Notes under the pieces: model-generated
What the model was told of the DNA's origin: nothing
The model's database searches: none
What the model saw: the letters and a program-made list of their open reading frames with translations, nothing else
Translations under genes and position numbers: made by a program
Assembly (NCBI GenBank): GCA_016618085.1
Contig: JABLTG010000003.1
Location: 62,001 to 126,000, forward strand
Length of the DNA stretch: 64,000 nucleotides
Source of the DNA: Neovahlkampfia damariscottae
Lineage: Eukaryota
Reading direction: 5' to 3'
Shown here: piece by piece, positions 15,001 through 26,558 of the stretch
Layout: the number at the start of each line of letters is the position of its first letter
Numbering within the stretch: position 1 is the first letter of the stretch

Positions 15001-16299
15001 AAATCAGATGGTAGAGAGTTAGTCAAAATATTCAACAGAATAATTAATGCTGTATTCGCATTTTTAAGTTTTTGTTTCATTTTCATCATGACAACTGCAT
15101 CAGAATTGTTTGTGTGTAAATTACAGCCAAATGGATTATACACATTGAACAGTTCCCCAGATATCTTTTGTTACCAAGGAGCTTGGTATTTTATGTTACC
15201 ACTTTCAATATCATGGTACATACTCTTTGGTGGTGGAAGTTTATTTTACTTTGTTTTGATTTTCTTTAAATTCAAAGAATGGTCAAGAAGTACTAATTTC
15301 AATGAAAGAAACAAATTTATGTTATCAAGGTTCCGAAAAAAATTGTACTTTTGGGAGGCTGTTATCACCTTAAGAAAGACAGTTTTATCTGTTTTATACA
15401 TTTTCTTGGATCCAATGTTAGTTATTGTTTCAGGTATCTTTTTACTTTACATTGGTTTTCTGTTACATACAAATTTCATTCCTTTCAAAAGAAAATTCCA
15501 GTAAGTCTTTACTTATTTAAAAATTTCAAGCAACATTATGGATTATTTTGTTATTTTAGTCACAATGACTTGTTTAGTTTTTGGTTTACTATTCTTTGTT
15601 GATTCATTTCCAGCAGGGACTAAAGATTTTGCAGAATATTTAGCTTTTTCTGTTATTATTGGAAGTACTTTAATTGTAGTTTCCATGATCTTATGGGATG
15701 CCAGAACAAGAAAGAAACATGATCAAAAGAAAGCAAGAACTTTATTAAAATTCAGAAATAAAGATAAAGAACGTGATGATGAGAGATTGAAAATTCTTCA
15801 TGATTTACATTCAATTGCTGATACAATTGAAAAGAATGAACATGCAAATATGTTTGGTACGTTTAATGTTCCATGGAATGTTGAGTACCAATATAAACCA
15901 TTGAATTTCAAAACTGATTCGGAATCTCCTGAAGACAGCTATACTCATATGAATCAAATTTTTAATGATTTATTGTCTATTGAAAGATTGAGAAAGAATT
16001 TATTCTCTTTTGAAAAGAAAGCTATTTATACAAGAAGAAAAATTATCAAGAGACTTAGAAAGAATACTGATGTTGACGATTCATCTCTCAACAAAGAAGA
16101 TGTTGAAAAGATCAAGAAAAATTTCAAACAAAAAATGATGTCAAAATCAAAAATATTTGGAAGGTCATCAAATATCATATCTACTGGAAGGACCGATTCA
16201 AATTTATCCGAGAGTGATTTGAACAGAGAAAACTCTTCAGTTCGTTTAGTGTCTTCCAAAAATTTAAGTGTTTTGAATCAAAAAAAAACTGAAAAATAA
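1..16299 (+). CDS. Giant multi-exon surface protein (5'-partial): RCC1-repeat blocks alternating with EGF-like repeats, Ig-like/IPT-TIG array, Cys-rich GCC2/GCC3-like repeats, ~7-8 TM domain and cytoplasmic tail
   Basis: The + strand ORFs from 590 to 16299 join into one frame when ~28-38-nt GT-AG introns are removed (e.g. 137-165, 316-344, 501-538, 689-719, 1000-1029, 1641-1672, 5887-5915, 7792-7821, 10567-10597, 15501-15530). Motifs: RCC1 (VYSFGxNxxGQLG, IxAGxxHSL), EGF-like (CxGxxxxDxxVCSGxGxC), IPT (PxxGxxxGG), CPPGTFK/CxKC repeats, and hydrophobic helices from ~14440 to 15700. Stop TAA at 16297-16299. Confidence 0.85.
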
Positions 16300-16456
16300 A
16301 GATTTTCTGATCAACTCATTTTCTAACTTTGATGGACATTTGATTGAATTTAAACAAGTTTCCCAAAATAATTATTCCAATGCTCAAATGGGAAATTCGT
16401 AGCTACAAAATGGAAAATCATTAACCAATAGGATTATAGTATTTTCAACGTTAAAC

Positions 16457-18352
16457 ATGAGGTTGATTGAATTTGTAGTACTCTTGACTTTGATTCAGTT
16501 TTCTGTATCCAAGACTTGCAGATTTATTGACAACTACTACTATGCTTACTCAATGGAGAATAGAACTTTGTCAATGGAATTCGCTTCTTTAGGGTAAAAA
16601 TTTTTAATATTTAACATAAAATTATATTCAAGAGCATCTGGATGGGTTTCTTTTGCATTTTCAAGTACCAATTCAATAGTAAATGCGACAAATCAATTTG
16701 TAATAATTTCTGACGGTTATTTCAACGAACAAACAAAAATATATGCAGTTTCTGGACATGGTTCTCCAATCCACGTTAAAAATGCTACTACACTTCCTGG
16801 AAGAAGGAGTTTTTCACTGAACTATGATTTAAGAGGCGGAGCAAAATTTGATGTAGAAATTGAAAGGAAAATGGTTGATGAAGAAAGTATGAAATATATA
16901 TTATTTGCTTCAGATAGTATTGGGCCAAATCCTGTAGCCAATGAATCAGGTTATATTAATTTACCAAAACATGATTCTGTTTATGTTGCACCTTTTTTAG
17001 AAGGATTCTCTTCGTGCTTAACGACTGATGAAGTTTACATTGGATTAGTGACAGTAGAGAATCTTTACGTATCCGCGTATTTTGTCAGTTTTTTTATTCC
17101 AATCATTTTGATAATTATTTGTATGTGGTTTAGAAACGAACAACCATTAAAATCAAGAGGAATGACACCATTTGTTGTTTTATTTATGTCACAAATTTTA
17201 GTATTCAGTCAATTCCCAAGTCATTTTTTCACAAGACAAGAAAGAGAAGAATATGATTGTTTTATTGATGATTTTTATAGAACTCCATGTTTAATTGTTA
17301 TTGCAACTGTTGTATTTTTGGACCACCTTCGAATTGTTTTAGTTTTGAATTTGAATAGAAACAAAAATTTTATCAGAAAAACTTCATCAAAATTTTTCAT
17401 TACTTTATTGAAAATTTTGAAATATGCAACTTCTAATTTAGCGAATGTTTTCATTATCATTGGGACATATTTTATTGTTGGTTCTGTTGATTTTGTTTTT
17501 TTAGCTGCTTTTGGTTTTTACTGCCATGTATCAAGATTTGTTCAATTTTTTTGGATGCTTTATGTCGGTTTGTGTGGATTAGGAGTTTTTAGTTTGTTAA
17601 TTTTTGATCTGGCTTTGTCCTATAAGAGTTTAAGAGCATTCAAATTCAGAGAAGTTTTCTTAAAAGACGATCCATTTTTATTTCGGATTCAGTTGCTCAT
17701 TGGATTGTTTTGTATTATCATTTTAGGAATTTTTGGAGTTCTTGCAACCATAGCACCATTAATACTTTCAAGCATTTTTGATCTTTACTCGCTTTATATC
17801 ATGATGGTTGCCTTTTTTAGTTTTATAGAACATTTTTTTTTGTTTTATTTAGTCGGAACTATTTTGATAATTACCATTGGAAAAACAATTTATGATAAGT
17901 TATTTGTGAAACAAAGAGCAATTGCAGAGCTTACAATTGAAGAAGAATCCGAATTTACAGCTTGTTTGAAGAATCCTGAACTGATGAAACATTTTAAGAA
18001 ATTTGCTGATTCTGAATGGTCATCAGAAAACTATCTGATTTATTTTGATATATTGGAATATAAAAACAAAAGAAAATCAAAAAGAGATTCGCTGGCGTTG
18101 AAAATATTTGATGTTTATTTAAATGGAACAGCTTCAACTTTAGAAGTAAACGTAAATCAAAAAGAGTGTGAGAATGTGAAAAGAAATATTGATGAAGCTG
18201 CATTTGAAGATGATTTATTTGAAAAAATTATGAACGAAGTTGAATCAAATATGAAAGATACATTTGGAAGATTTAGATTCACAAAAGAATATCAGAAATT
18301 TACTGTACAAATTGATATCATTTCTGATCAAATGAACAACGAAAAAGAATAA
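16457..18352 (+). CDS. Signal peptide + DOMON-like ectodomain + 7TM + C-terminal RGS domain protein (copy 1)
   Basis: ATG 16457 (MRLIEFVVLLTLIQFSVS); intron 16594-16632 gives GASGWVSFAFS; seven hydrophobic segments; RGS motifs FKKFADSEWSSENYL, IFDVYLNG..LEVNV, MKDTFGRF. Confidence 0.85.
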
Positions 18353-18556
18353 AGAATTCAGTCGAACAAACGGACATTAAAATTTCCAATTTTGGAAGTC
18401 GCCTCTAAAAAAGGTAATCTGGTTGAAAGATGAAGGCTTTGAAAGAAATCATTTATTTGTTATTTCTATTGGTTTTTGTTGCAGTTTTTCAGGAAAAAGT
18501 GAAAAAAAATTCCGAGCCAATCAAAAAAAAAAACCTGCAAAGTTGTTTGTTGAAAT

Positions 18557-20510
18557 ATGACCCAAACAAATGTTTTCCTTTTGCTAGTATCAATACTTTC
18601 TGTTGTAAATTGTACCAGAGTATGTAGATACGTGAATGATTTCTATTATTCATATGAATTTGTTGATAATCAAACGGTCAGTATCGAATTAGGAGCGTAA
18701 GTTCAAACTAACCATTAATTTTTCAAAAGACCTGGGTAAAAACAAAAAAAAAATTACATATTAAAACAGTTCTTTGGGTTATTCGTCCATTGCTTTTTCA
18801 AAGACTCCTTCAATTCAAAATGCCACTACAATGTTTCTCATCTACACAATAGGTTTGGATGTCAACTATACACATGCTTATGCCTTCCAAAACCATCCTT
18901 TCTATGCCATAGAAGAGAAAAAAGCTCAAAAAATAGACATTTCAAGGAGGTTTTCTTTGACGTTTGATGTGGAATTTGGAGGTTTATATACAATGGCTAT
19001 ACCTCGACAGATGATACCAAATGAAGATTTCAAATATGTTATATTCACTTCTTCACATTATGTTACATCATATGAAGCTTCAGTTCCACGAGTTAATGAA
19101 ACTGGCTTTTACAATTTCAAAAAACACAACCTAGTCTATGGAACAAGAATAGAAAACGGATTAGAATTATGTGAAACATTGACTGAACAGTTCTTTGGTG
19201 TTATTACTTTGGAAGAAATGTTTCCAGAAGTTTTTTACGTCAGCATTTGCGTTCCTCTGTTGCTCTTTATTGTTTGCATGATTTTCAGAACTGAACAGCC
19301 ACTAAAATCAAGAGGAATAGTTCCTTTTGTAGTATTATTTATGATGCAATTTTATTACTTCTCTTCTTTTGTCAATCATTTCTTGACAAGAGAATCAAGA
19401 GAGAGATTTGGATGCATCTTTCAACAATTTTACAAAATTCCTTGTGTGATGGTTTTGTCAACAATTATACTTTTAGATTTCAGCAGAGTAGTATTGGTTT
19501 TGAATTTAAACAGAAACAAGAATATCATTCGTAATATTTCATCACACACAATCATCAGAATCCTTAGAATTTTCAAAATTTTGACATCCGATGTATCTGT
19601 CATCTGTATTACTATTGGTATTTTTGTAGTTGTTACAATCATCAACTTTATTGCTTATGCGGTTTATAACTTCAGATGTGGGCTTTCAAATACTGTACAA
19701 CTGCTGTGGTTGCCATATGTCTTCTTGTGTGTCATCGGAATATTCGTTGTATTGGTGGTTGATGCAGTTTTATCAATCCAAAGTTTTATTCGTTGCAAAT
19801 GTTATGATATCTTTTTCAAAGATGATCCTTTTTATTTTAGAGTTCAGCAAACAATTGGAGTTGGTAGTATCATGATTTCAGCTTCAATGGGCTTCATAGC
19901 TATCATTGCCCCAGCTCTTAGATTATCTGAAAGGAAGAGCTATTTATTCATATCATACTTCATGATGTTGATTTTTTTCACTGCAATCAGTTACGTTTTC
20001 TTATTTTACTTGGTAATTTCAATTCTTGGGATTACAATTGTGAAAAAGTTGATCTCAATATGCCCACAAAAAAGAAAAAGAATTCAGGATCAACTTGAAT
20101 CAGAATCTGCTTTTACAGCCTGTTTAAAAAAAGATGAAATGCTTGAATTATTCAAAAAATTTGCAGACTCTGAATGGTCATCTGAGAATTACTTAATCCA
20201 TTCAGATATTCTTCGATACAAGAGTTTACCAATTGAACAAAGAAAAGAGTTTGCTTTGAATATTTGGGATGTCTATTTAAATGGTACATCTTCAAGATTA
20301 GAAGTGAATGTGAATCAAAGAGAATGTGAAAATGTTAAAAGGAACATTGATAATGATCTCCTAGAAATTGAATTGTTTGATGTGATTTTGAAAGAAGTTG
20401 AAGGAAATATGAAAGATACATTCGGTAGATTTAGATTCACAAAAGAATATCAAAGATTTTCATTTCACAAAGAACTTATAAAAGAACAAATTAATGAACA
20501 TGAACAGTAA
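18557..20510 (+). CDS. Signal peptide + DOMON-like ectodomain + 7TM + RGS domain protein (copy 2, tandem paralog)
   Basis: ATG 18557 (MTQTNVFLLLVSILSVVNC); introns 18697-18729 and 18736-18769 flank a 6-nt exon; shares EQPLKSRG, VLVLNLNRNKN, KDDPF, FKKFADSEWSSENYL and MKDTFGRFRFTKEYQ with copy 1. Confidence 0.85.
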
Positions 20511-20563
20511 TTAAATGTAATAAACATTTTCTTTTCTTATTGGTGGAAATCTCACACCAAAAA

Positions 20564-21265
20564 ATGTCCAACAAATCCATCATTGAAGAAAAGATTGGTA
20601 TTTTAGAATCTCAAATTGAAACACTTAAATCTCAAAAACAGAGTTTGAAAAGAAAAATCTTGGAAGCTGAACATCTTCTCCAAAAAAAAACAAAAAAAAC
20701 CAAAACAGAGGAATGGGTGAAAAAGACAGTGGACATTAAAACACTTGGTATTTGGCATTGTCTATTAGAAAACATAAAAAAAGAAAAAATAGATAAGAAA
20801 AGAATATTTCAACTATCAAATCTGAAACTTGAAGCATGCTACCCTGCAAATTCATTTCAATTTCCGTTATTAAAAAGAGTTCAACTTTGCAAGCAATTCA
20901 GTGTGAATTGTCCAACTATTGAATTGAATGTAACCAAACAAGGTATCGAAAAGAGATTGAAAGAGAATCAGATAAACAATGAATTTACTCCAGAAGAAAC
21001 TATTGTTTATTTGGTTGAGAATGATTACTTGACCAAAGAAGGTGAAGAACGGATAGCAAATGATTTATTAGTTCCAATGTTTGAACATCAAATGATGGAA
21101 AGAATTCCTGAAGGATTTTACCATATCATGTACGATGGATCAGATTGTAAATTCAAGCATCCGGAATGTATCTTTATTGAGGAAGAAGGAGTTTTAATTG
21201 AAAAGAAATATTATGATAATTTGAGAATAGAGATACCTGAATTACCTGAAATAGACCAAATATGA
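20564..21265 (+). CDS. Hypothetical protein with N-terminal coiled coil
   Basis: Intronless ORF from the first ATG (MSNKSIIEEK); ATTGG at 20539 upstream and AATAAA overlapping the TGA. No family recognised. Confidence 0.6.
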   Translation: MSNKSIIEEKIGILESQIETLKSQKQSLKRKILEAEHLLQKKTKKTKTEEWVKKTVDIKTLGIWHCLLENIKKEKIDKKRIFQLSNLKLEACYPANSFQFPLLKRVQLCKQFSVNCPTIELNVTKQGIEKRLKENQINNEFTPEETIVYLVENDYLTKEGEERIANDLLVPMFEHQMMERIPEGFYHIMYDGSDCKFKHPECIFIEEEGVLIEKKYYDNLRIEIPELPEIDQI

Positions 21266-21892
21266 ATAAATTATCCAATCGTTCAACTATCAGCAACATG
21301 TTTTTTTTATGAAAGGGATAATTTGTTGTAAACCCAATTACCATTTCCATAGTATCTATCATGGAAAGCATATACCTTTTATTGTGATGTTTGCTCTGAC
21401 AAAAAAAATAAAAAAAAGTTTACTCTTTTCTTGAACTCTGAAATAAAAGTTGTTTTCAAAAATAAAACTTCAACTAAATAGTTGATTACGTTTCATTTCT
21501 TCATTAACAATTCAATACTCTTGGTTCATTTTTGTTTTGTTTTTCTTAAGCATTTTTTGGATCATACTCTTTCTTCTTTGATCTCATCACAGACTTTACA
21601 TCATTTATATTGGTTTTCTTTCGTTTCAGGTGGTGAATCAATTTTTGCTTCTTCTGTTTTCTTCATTCTTTGTTTTGATTTGTCAACAAGTTCAATTAGA
21701 TATGAAGTTAAAACTTTATTCCTCAATTTTTTTTTTTCAATTTTTATGTGTTTCTATACCTGAACTTTCAACATAAAAACTTCATTCATCCTTTTTTCAA
21801 AAGAAAAATCAAACGAAACAAAGTTAAACTTCAATGTGACAAGAGACCCTTTATGGACTCCAAATTTTAACAAATTTGGAATCCAATTAACC

Positions 21893-22525
21893 TCACGCTC
21901 CACCTTGAAATAAATCTTCATTCTTGAATCTATTGATTGTATTGTTTCCTGCTTTCTCACCAAGTGATTTTGCTTTTGATTCTTTTGGTCTTGTATCATC
22001 ACTATTGACATCATTTCTGTTATCTTTAAAACGTTGAAGTATTTTTTCTCTTTCTTCTTTTTCTAAACGTTTTTTTTCTTCTTTTTTTTTCTTTTCTGAT
22101 GCCACTTTGAGTCTTGCTGATTTTAATTCTTTTTCATTTGATTTTTCATCAACATTACCATATTCACGGTACATAAATGCTTCAATGAGTTCAATGAGTT
22201 TCTTCAATGATGTGGAATCAACAGTTTTCATGACAAGTAATTCATCTCCTTCTTGTTCAAATCCGCCAGACTTTAAAAGGGAAACTGAACCAAATGGTTT
22301 GATTACAAGCTCTTTTAATTTTTCATTTGTGATTTTGAGAGTTCTAAACTTTTCTTCTTTTGGTTTTGAATAAATATTCTTGAAGATGTTTCTACATGTT
22401 TTGAGAGCGTTGAAAATGACAAAATCATTGTCATTTTCTGATGCTATCTTTTTTAATGCTTTTACTTTTTGGCAATTGCAGCCAGGTTTGTTACACTCAA
22501 CAGGAGTTTCGTTGATGTTTGACAT
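21893..22525 (-). CDS. PUB (p97/VCP-binding) domain protein
   Basis: ALKTCRNIFKNIYSKPKEEKFRTLKITN...LLKSGGF matches the PUB consensus; followed by a charged coiled coil. Confidence 0.8.
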   Translation of the reverse strand: MSNINETPVECNKPGCNCQKVKALKKIASENDNDFVIFNALKTCRNIFKNIYSKPKEEKFRTLKITNEKLKELVIKPFGSVSLLKSGGFEQEGDELLVMKTVDSTSLKKLIELIEAFMYREYGNVDEKSNEKELKSARLKVASEKKKKEEKKRLEKEEREKILQRFKDNRNDVNSDDTRPKESKAKSLGEKAGNNTINRFKNEDLFQGGA

Positions 22526-22680
22526 GAGCTCAAAATGAAATGATTGGCTGGTATTTTTGGAACAAAAAGAAACTCAATTCTCAAAATTCAAATCTTCTCA
22601 GTTCCTGATTTTCAATGTTTCAACACTTTCTTTGAATTCATTGGTCAAACAATTTCTAAAAGTAGTATATTCTTATTCAT

Positions 22681-25180
22681 TTATTCATTTGATTCATCAT
22701 CTATTTTTAATTTCTTATTTGGTGAACTTTCATCACTTGGAGTTTGTTTTCTTTTGATAGTTGGTGATGATGAATGTTTCGTTTGACTTTCCTCCTGTTT
22801 TTGTTCATCAATTTTAAAAGTAATAGAAGTATTGGATAAAGTCTCTTCTTTCACAGTTTCAGGTATAAATTCTAATTCATCTTCATCTTCATTATTTTTC
22901 AAATTAATTTGTAAATATTCAGGAAATTCATCTTTTTCGTCATCTTGATCATTTTCAATTTCATCTTGTTTAACCTCTTCATTGAAATATAAATCTTCAA
23001 TTTCTTCTTGATTTTCCACTTTTGTAGTTGTAGTTTCTATTTTTGGTTTTTTTGTTTTTCTTAATGATAGAATACCACGAATTGGTTCACATTCTGATGA
23101 TTCTTCCAGTTCAATTTCATATTTTTCAAGTAAGTAGTTTATCAATTTCTTTGAATTTTCTTTTCTAATAATTTCAAAAATGTCTAAAATTGATGAATTA
23201 ATCAAATTAAATTTTTTTTTGTTTTTTGAGAATAAATGAAAGATTTCTGAGAATAAATCATGTTGAATGATATGATTATGATAAAATATATCACCTAAAC
23301 AAATACATGATTTGAAAAATCTAATAGCAGCCAAATTTAAATATTTTTCATTCAAGAAAACTAACTTCAAAATCTTCTTTATAATACCATTTTTTAAAAC
23401 AAAGTTCTTTGATCTATATCCATGATTTTTAACAAAAAAAGAGAATAAATCACAAATTAAATGATAACAATTAATACTTGGTTCTAAATTCTTTTCAAAA
23501 GGGGATGATAAATTTTGAATATATTCATCATAGAATAAATTCAAAATGACATCTTTTGACATTCCTAAATTATCAGGTTCAAGTATAATTTGTAAAATAT
23601 CTGAAATTTGTTCTTGTACACCTGTATCATTTTGATTGATTATTCCTAAAATAGTATATTTAAAAAATGAACATTTTTCATCTTCTTTTAACATGAATTC
23701 TCTCAATAAAGTAGAATCATAATTTACACAAATGTGAATCATATTTGCACTACTTTTTCTAATTTCCAAATCTGGATCAATAAAACCTTCTTCTAAAACT
23801 TCAAAAAAACCAAATTTTATCAAATATCTTGAGTTGATTAGTTTTATGATAATCTTACTGATAAACTTCATTTCTAGTGTAAATTTGAATCGACTTTAAC
23901 ATATTAACTAATTCTTGTAAAAATTTGAATGCATCTTTCCTTTTTCTATTTTTTGAGCCTCTCAAAATATCAAACAATTCTTTTAAGTATATATCATCCT
24001 CTGTAATGGCAACACAAATCGTTTGATAATTTTGATTAATTAAAAGACCTAATGTATGATTGGTTGGATCATCAACTAAACTCCTTGGAAAAATTCCATC
24101 TTTTAAGTATTGTATTTGAAAGGTTTGATGTATTTTTTGTGTAATAAAATCATCTGAAAACTTTACAACTTCATTATAATTAGCAACTTGATTCAAAAAT
24201 TTTCTATGATCAACTCGACTTTCAGAAGGGACTTCAGGATCATCTTGACAAAAATGTAAAAAAAAATTATTAAAATTACATTGTAATACACCCATAAATT
24301 TCATAACATGTTCTTCTGAAAATAGTATACTGAAGATCTCCAAAGAATCTACAAAAACTTTTTTGAATTTTTTAAAAACTTTTCTAAAAGAAACTTACGA
24401 ATAATTTTGAAAATATTAAAAAGTGTTTCAAGTGAATGTTGTTCCATTTCACTTTCACACTCTTCAAAAATGTCAAAAAGTTTAAGAATGAAATCCTTTC
24501 ATTTGTGTTAAAAAAAAAAAAAAAAAATTACATCCTTCAAAACAGCTGACGTTATTTTTGATTTAAAAGTTGTCAGTGATAATGTATTTAATATATCAGA
24601 TAGATTCTTCTTCTCTGGAGAAGGTAATTCTATGTTAGTTTTATAGGCGCTTATAATTTCATCAGATTCGTCTTCAGAACTGAGATCTCTCTCTTCTAAA
24701 AAAAAATCAATTTTTTTTTACTTTACTTGCTATGATTTCTTTACTATCAGGTTCTCTTCCTTGTACTAATCTCATTTCATCCCATACTTCTTGACAACCT
24801 TCGGAGGTTTGAAAAGAAAGAGCCATATCGATACCAGTTTCTTTATCAGGCCAAACCTATTTATGATTAAAAAATAAACTCAAAAAATCGAACAATCAAA
24901 GACTCTAAAAGAAGATGAATTTTTTTTTTTCAAAAACAAACCGTTCTGTAGTTGATAAATATCTTCTTGTGATATAACATGATTTAATAATATATCTTCT
25001 TCTTTTTCTTTTTTCATGAATAATTTTCCAACTGGTTCAGTCTTTAAAAAAATTTAATTTAATTTTTTTTTTTTTTGTCATTACTTCGCATGTTACATAT
25101 CCAGTACCTTGATCATCCCATCTTCCTTCTTCATCTAGGTGATATAATTTCACTCTTCTGTTCACAGTTTTAGAAATCAT
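22681..25180 (-). CDS. PPP4R3: Protein phosphatase 4 regulatory subunit 3 (SMEK/PSY2), multi-exon
   Basis: N-terminal EVH1-like RRVKLYHLDEEGRWDDQGTGYV, VWPD..MALSFQ..GCQEVW; SMK-1 region KIHQTFQIQYLKD; NLINSSILDIFEIIR; acidic tail. Several tiny introns. Confidence 0.9.
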
Positions 25181-25326
25181 GAGAACTTTGACCGCCAAAA
25201 AAGTTCAACTGAAAAAGTTTGAATCAACTACCAATCAAAACACATGAAAAAAAACTAAATCGACGGTTTTTTTTTAAATGACAAAAAAGAAAGAAAAAAG
25301 TTTTTTAAGGTCTAAAATTTAAAAAT

Positions 25327-25761
25327 TTATTCAGAAACGCTAACGTCAATGAGTACATTTGGTTCGATTGTGATTGAAGTCTAAATAAAGAATTTAAAAA
25401 ATATTTTCGTTTTTACAAGTTCAGTCATATCTTTTGAAGTAGTTTGTAAAGAAATAAGTCTTTTGTGGATTCTCATTTCATATTTATCCCATGTAGCTGT
25501 ACCTTCACCACAAGGTGTTTTTCTTGTTGTAATTCTTAAAATTCTAGTTGGATATCTGACTGGTCCTCTAACTTTTAAACCTTTCTTTTTAACTTCTCTA
25601 ACTAAGTCAGCACAAACTTTTTTGTTTAATTTTAAAATAAAATTCAAACCTTTTTCGAGGTTTTTAACATTACGGCTAGTTAATGAAATATTGATTTTAT
25701 GGAGTTGACTTTTTTCTGTTACTTCGAGTCCTTGTTTTTTTAAAATATCAGTTTCGCTCAT
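25327..25761 (-). CDS. RPS20: 40S ribosomal protein S20 (uS10)
   Basis: [27 protein letters not shown]; last exon [17 protein letters not shown] after an intron; two short introns. Confidence 0.97.
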
Positions 25762-25811
25762 TCTTCTAGCTGTAGTCTCTATAAAAATTTAGTTTTGAAA
25801 ACGAACAAATT

Positions 25812-25858
25812 GATTGGACAAAAAAATTTAAATATCTGCGGAGAATAAATAACCAATC
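25812..25858. promoter_or_regulatory. Outward-facing CCAAT boxes in the RPS20/OSTC bidirectional promoter
   Basis: GATTGG 25812-25817 and CCAATC 25853-25858 in a 126-bp head-to-head gap. Confidence 0.6.
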
Positions 25859-25887
25859 ACTTTGTTGAAAAATCTCCAACAACAATT

Positions 25888-26492
25888 ATGGATCCATTTC
25901 AACCGTTATTTAGAGCTGTTTTTTCAGTATTACAAGTACCAAGAATAAATTTACCTGTAATTATACCATCTACATCAATATCAAAATGGTCTGTTTTTAT
26001 AATCGTTATGGTTTCTTATTTCTTTTTCATGAGGTTAAGATTTCTTTAAAGTTTTAATTTTTTTAAAAGCGGAATTGTATATGATATGGTTTGAATTATA
26101 AAAAAAAATTAAATAATTTTAAAAAGATTAATGAACCTCCTGTAAGTTGTTGAAAAAAAAAAAAGTTAAATTTTTAAAGGCAATTGGTAGTGTTATGGAC
26201 CAAGCAACAGGAAAACAAAAACCACAAGCAATTATGGAATATCGTTTGAATGGCCAATATATGGTAAAAAAAAATTGTTAAAAAAAAAAATTAGATTGAA
26301 GGTTTCACAGCTGGATTTTTATTTGTTGCAGGAGCAACAGGTTTTATATTATTAAATCTAATTACTGAAAAAAACTTTGAATTATGGCAAAGAAGAGTTC
26401 TTATGGGCGTTGGAATTGGTTGTGTTGTACTTTCATACAACGTTTTAATAATGTTTTTAAAAATGAAAGTCCCAGGTTATTTAAACAGATAA
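25888..26492 (+). CDS. OSTC: Oligosaccharyltransferase complex subunit OSTC/DC2 (absent from the ORF track)
   Basis: Exons 25888-26033, 26070-26088, 26127-26141, 26180-26263 and 26295-26492 translate to SYFFFMSGIVYDMINEPPAIGS...RLNGQYMIEGFTAGFLF...KMKVPGYL. Confidence 0.92.
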
Positions 26493-26558
26493 AAAATTTT
26501 AATCTATAAATTTTTGTTACTAATGAAAAAAAAAATTAAAAAATGTTAAATTTTAAAC

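Noticed and set aside
18430..18627. 65-aa ORF with hydrophobic N-terminus upstream of RGS copy 2
   Set aside because: It spans the promoter and overlaps the real first exon (ATG 18557), which aligns with the paralog in another frame.
21525..21666. Minus-strand frame MKKTEEAK...QYK*CKVCDEIKEERV*SKKC with in-frame TGAs, considered as a selenoprotein
   Set aside because: No recognisable selenoprotein family or SECIS-like hairpin; more likely a small gene relic or chance.
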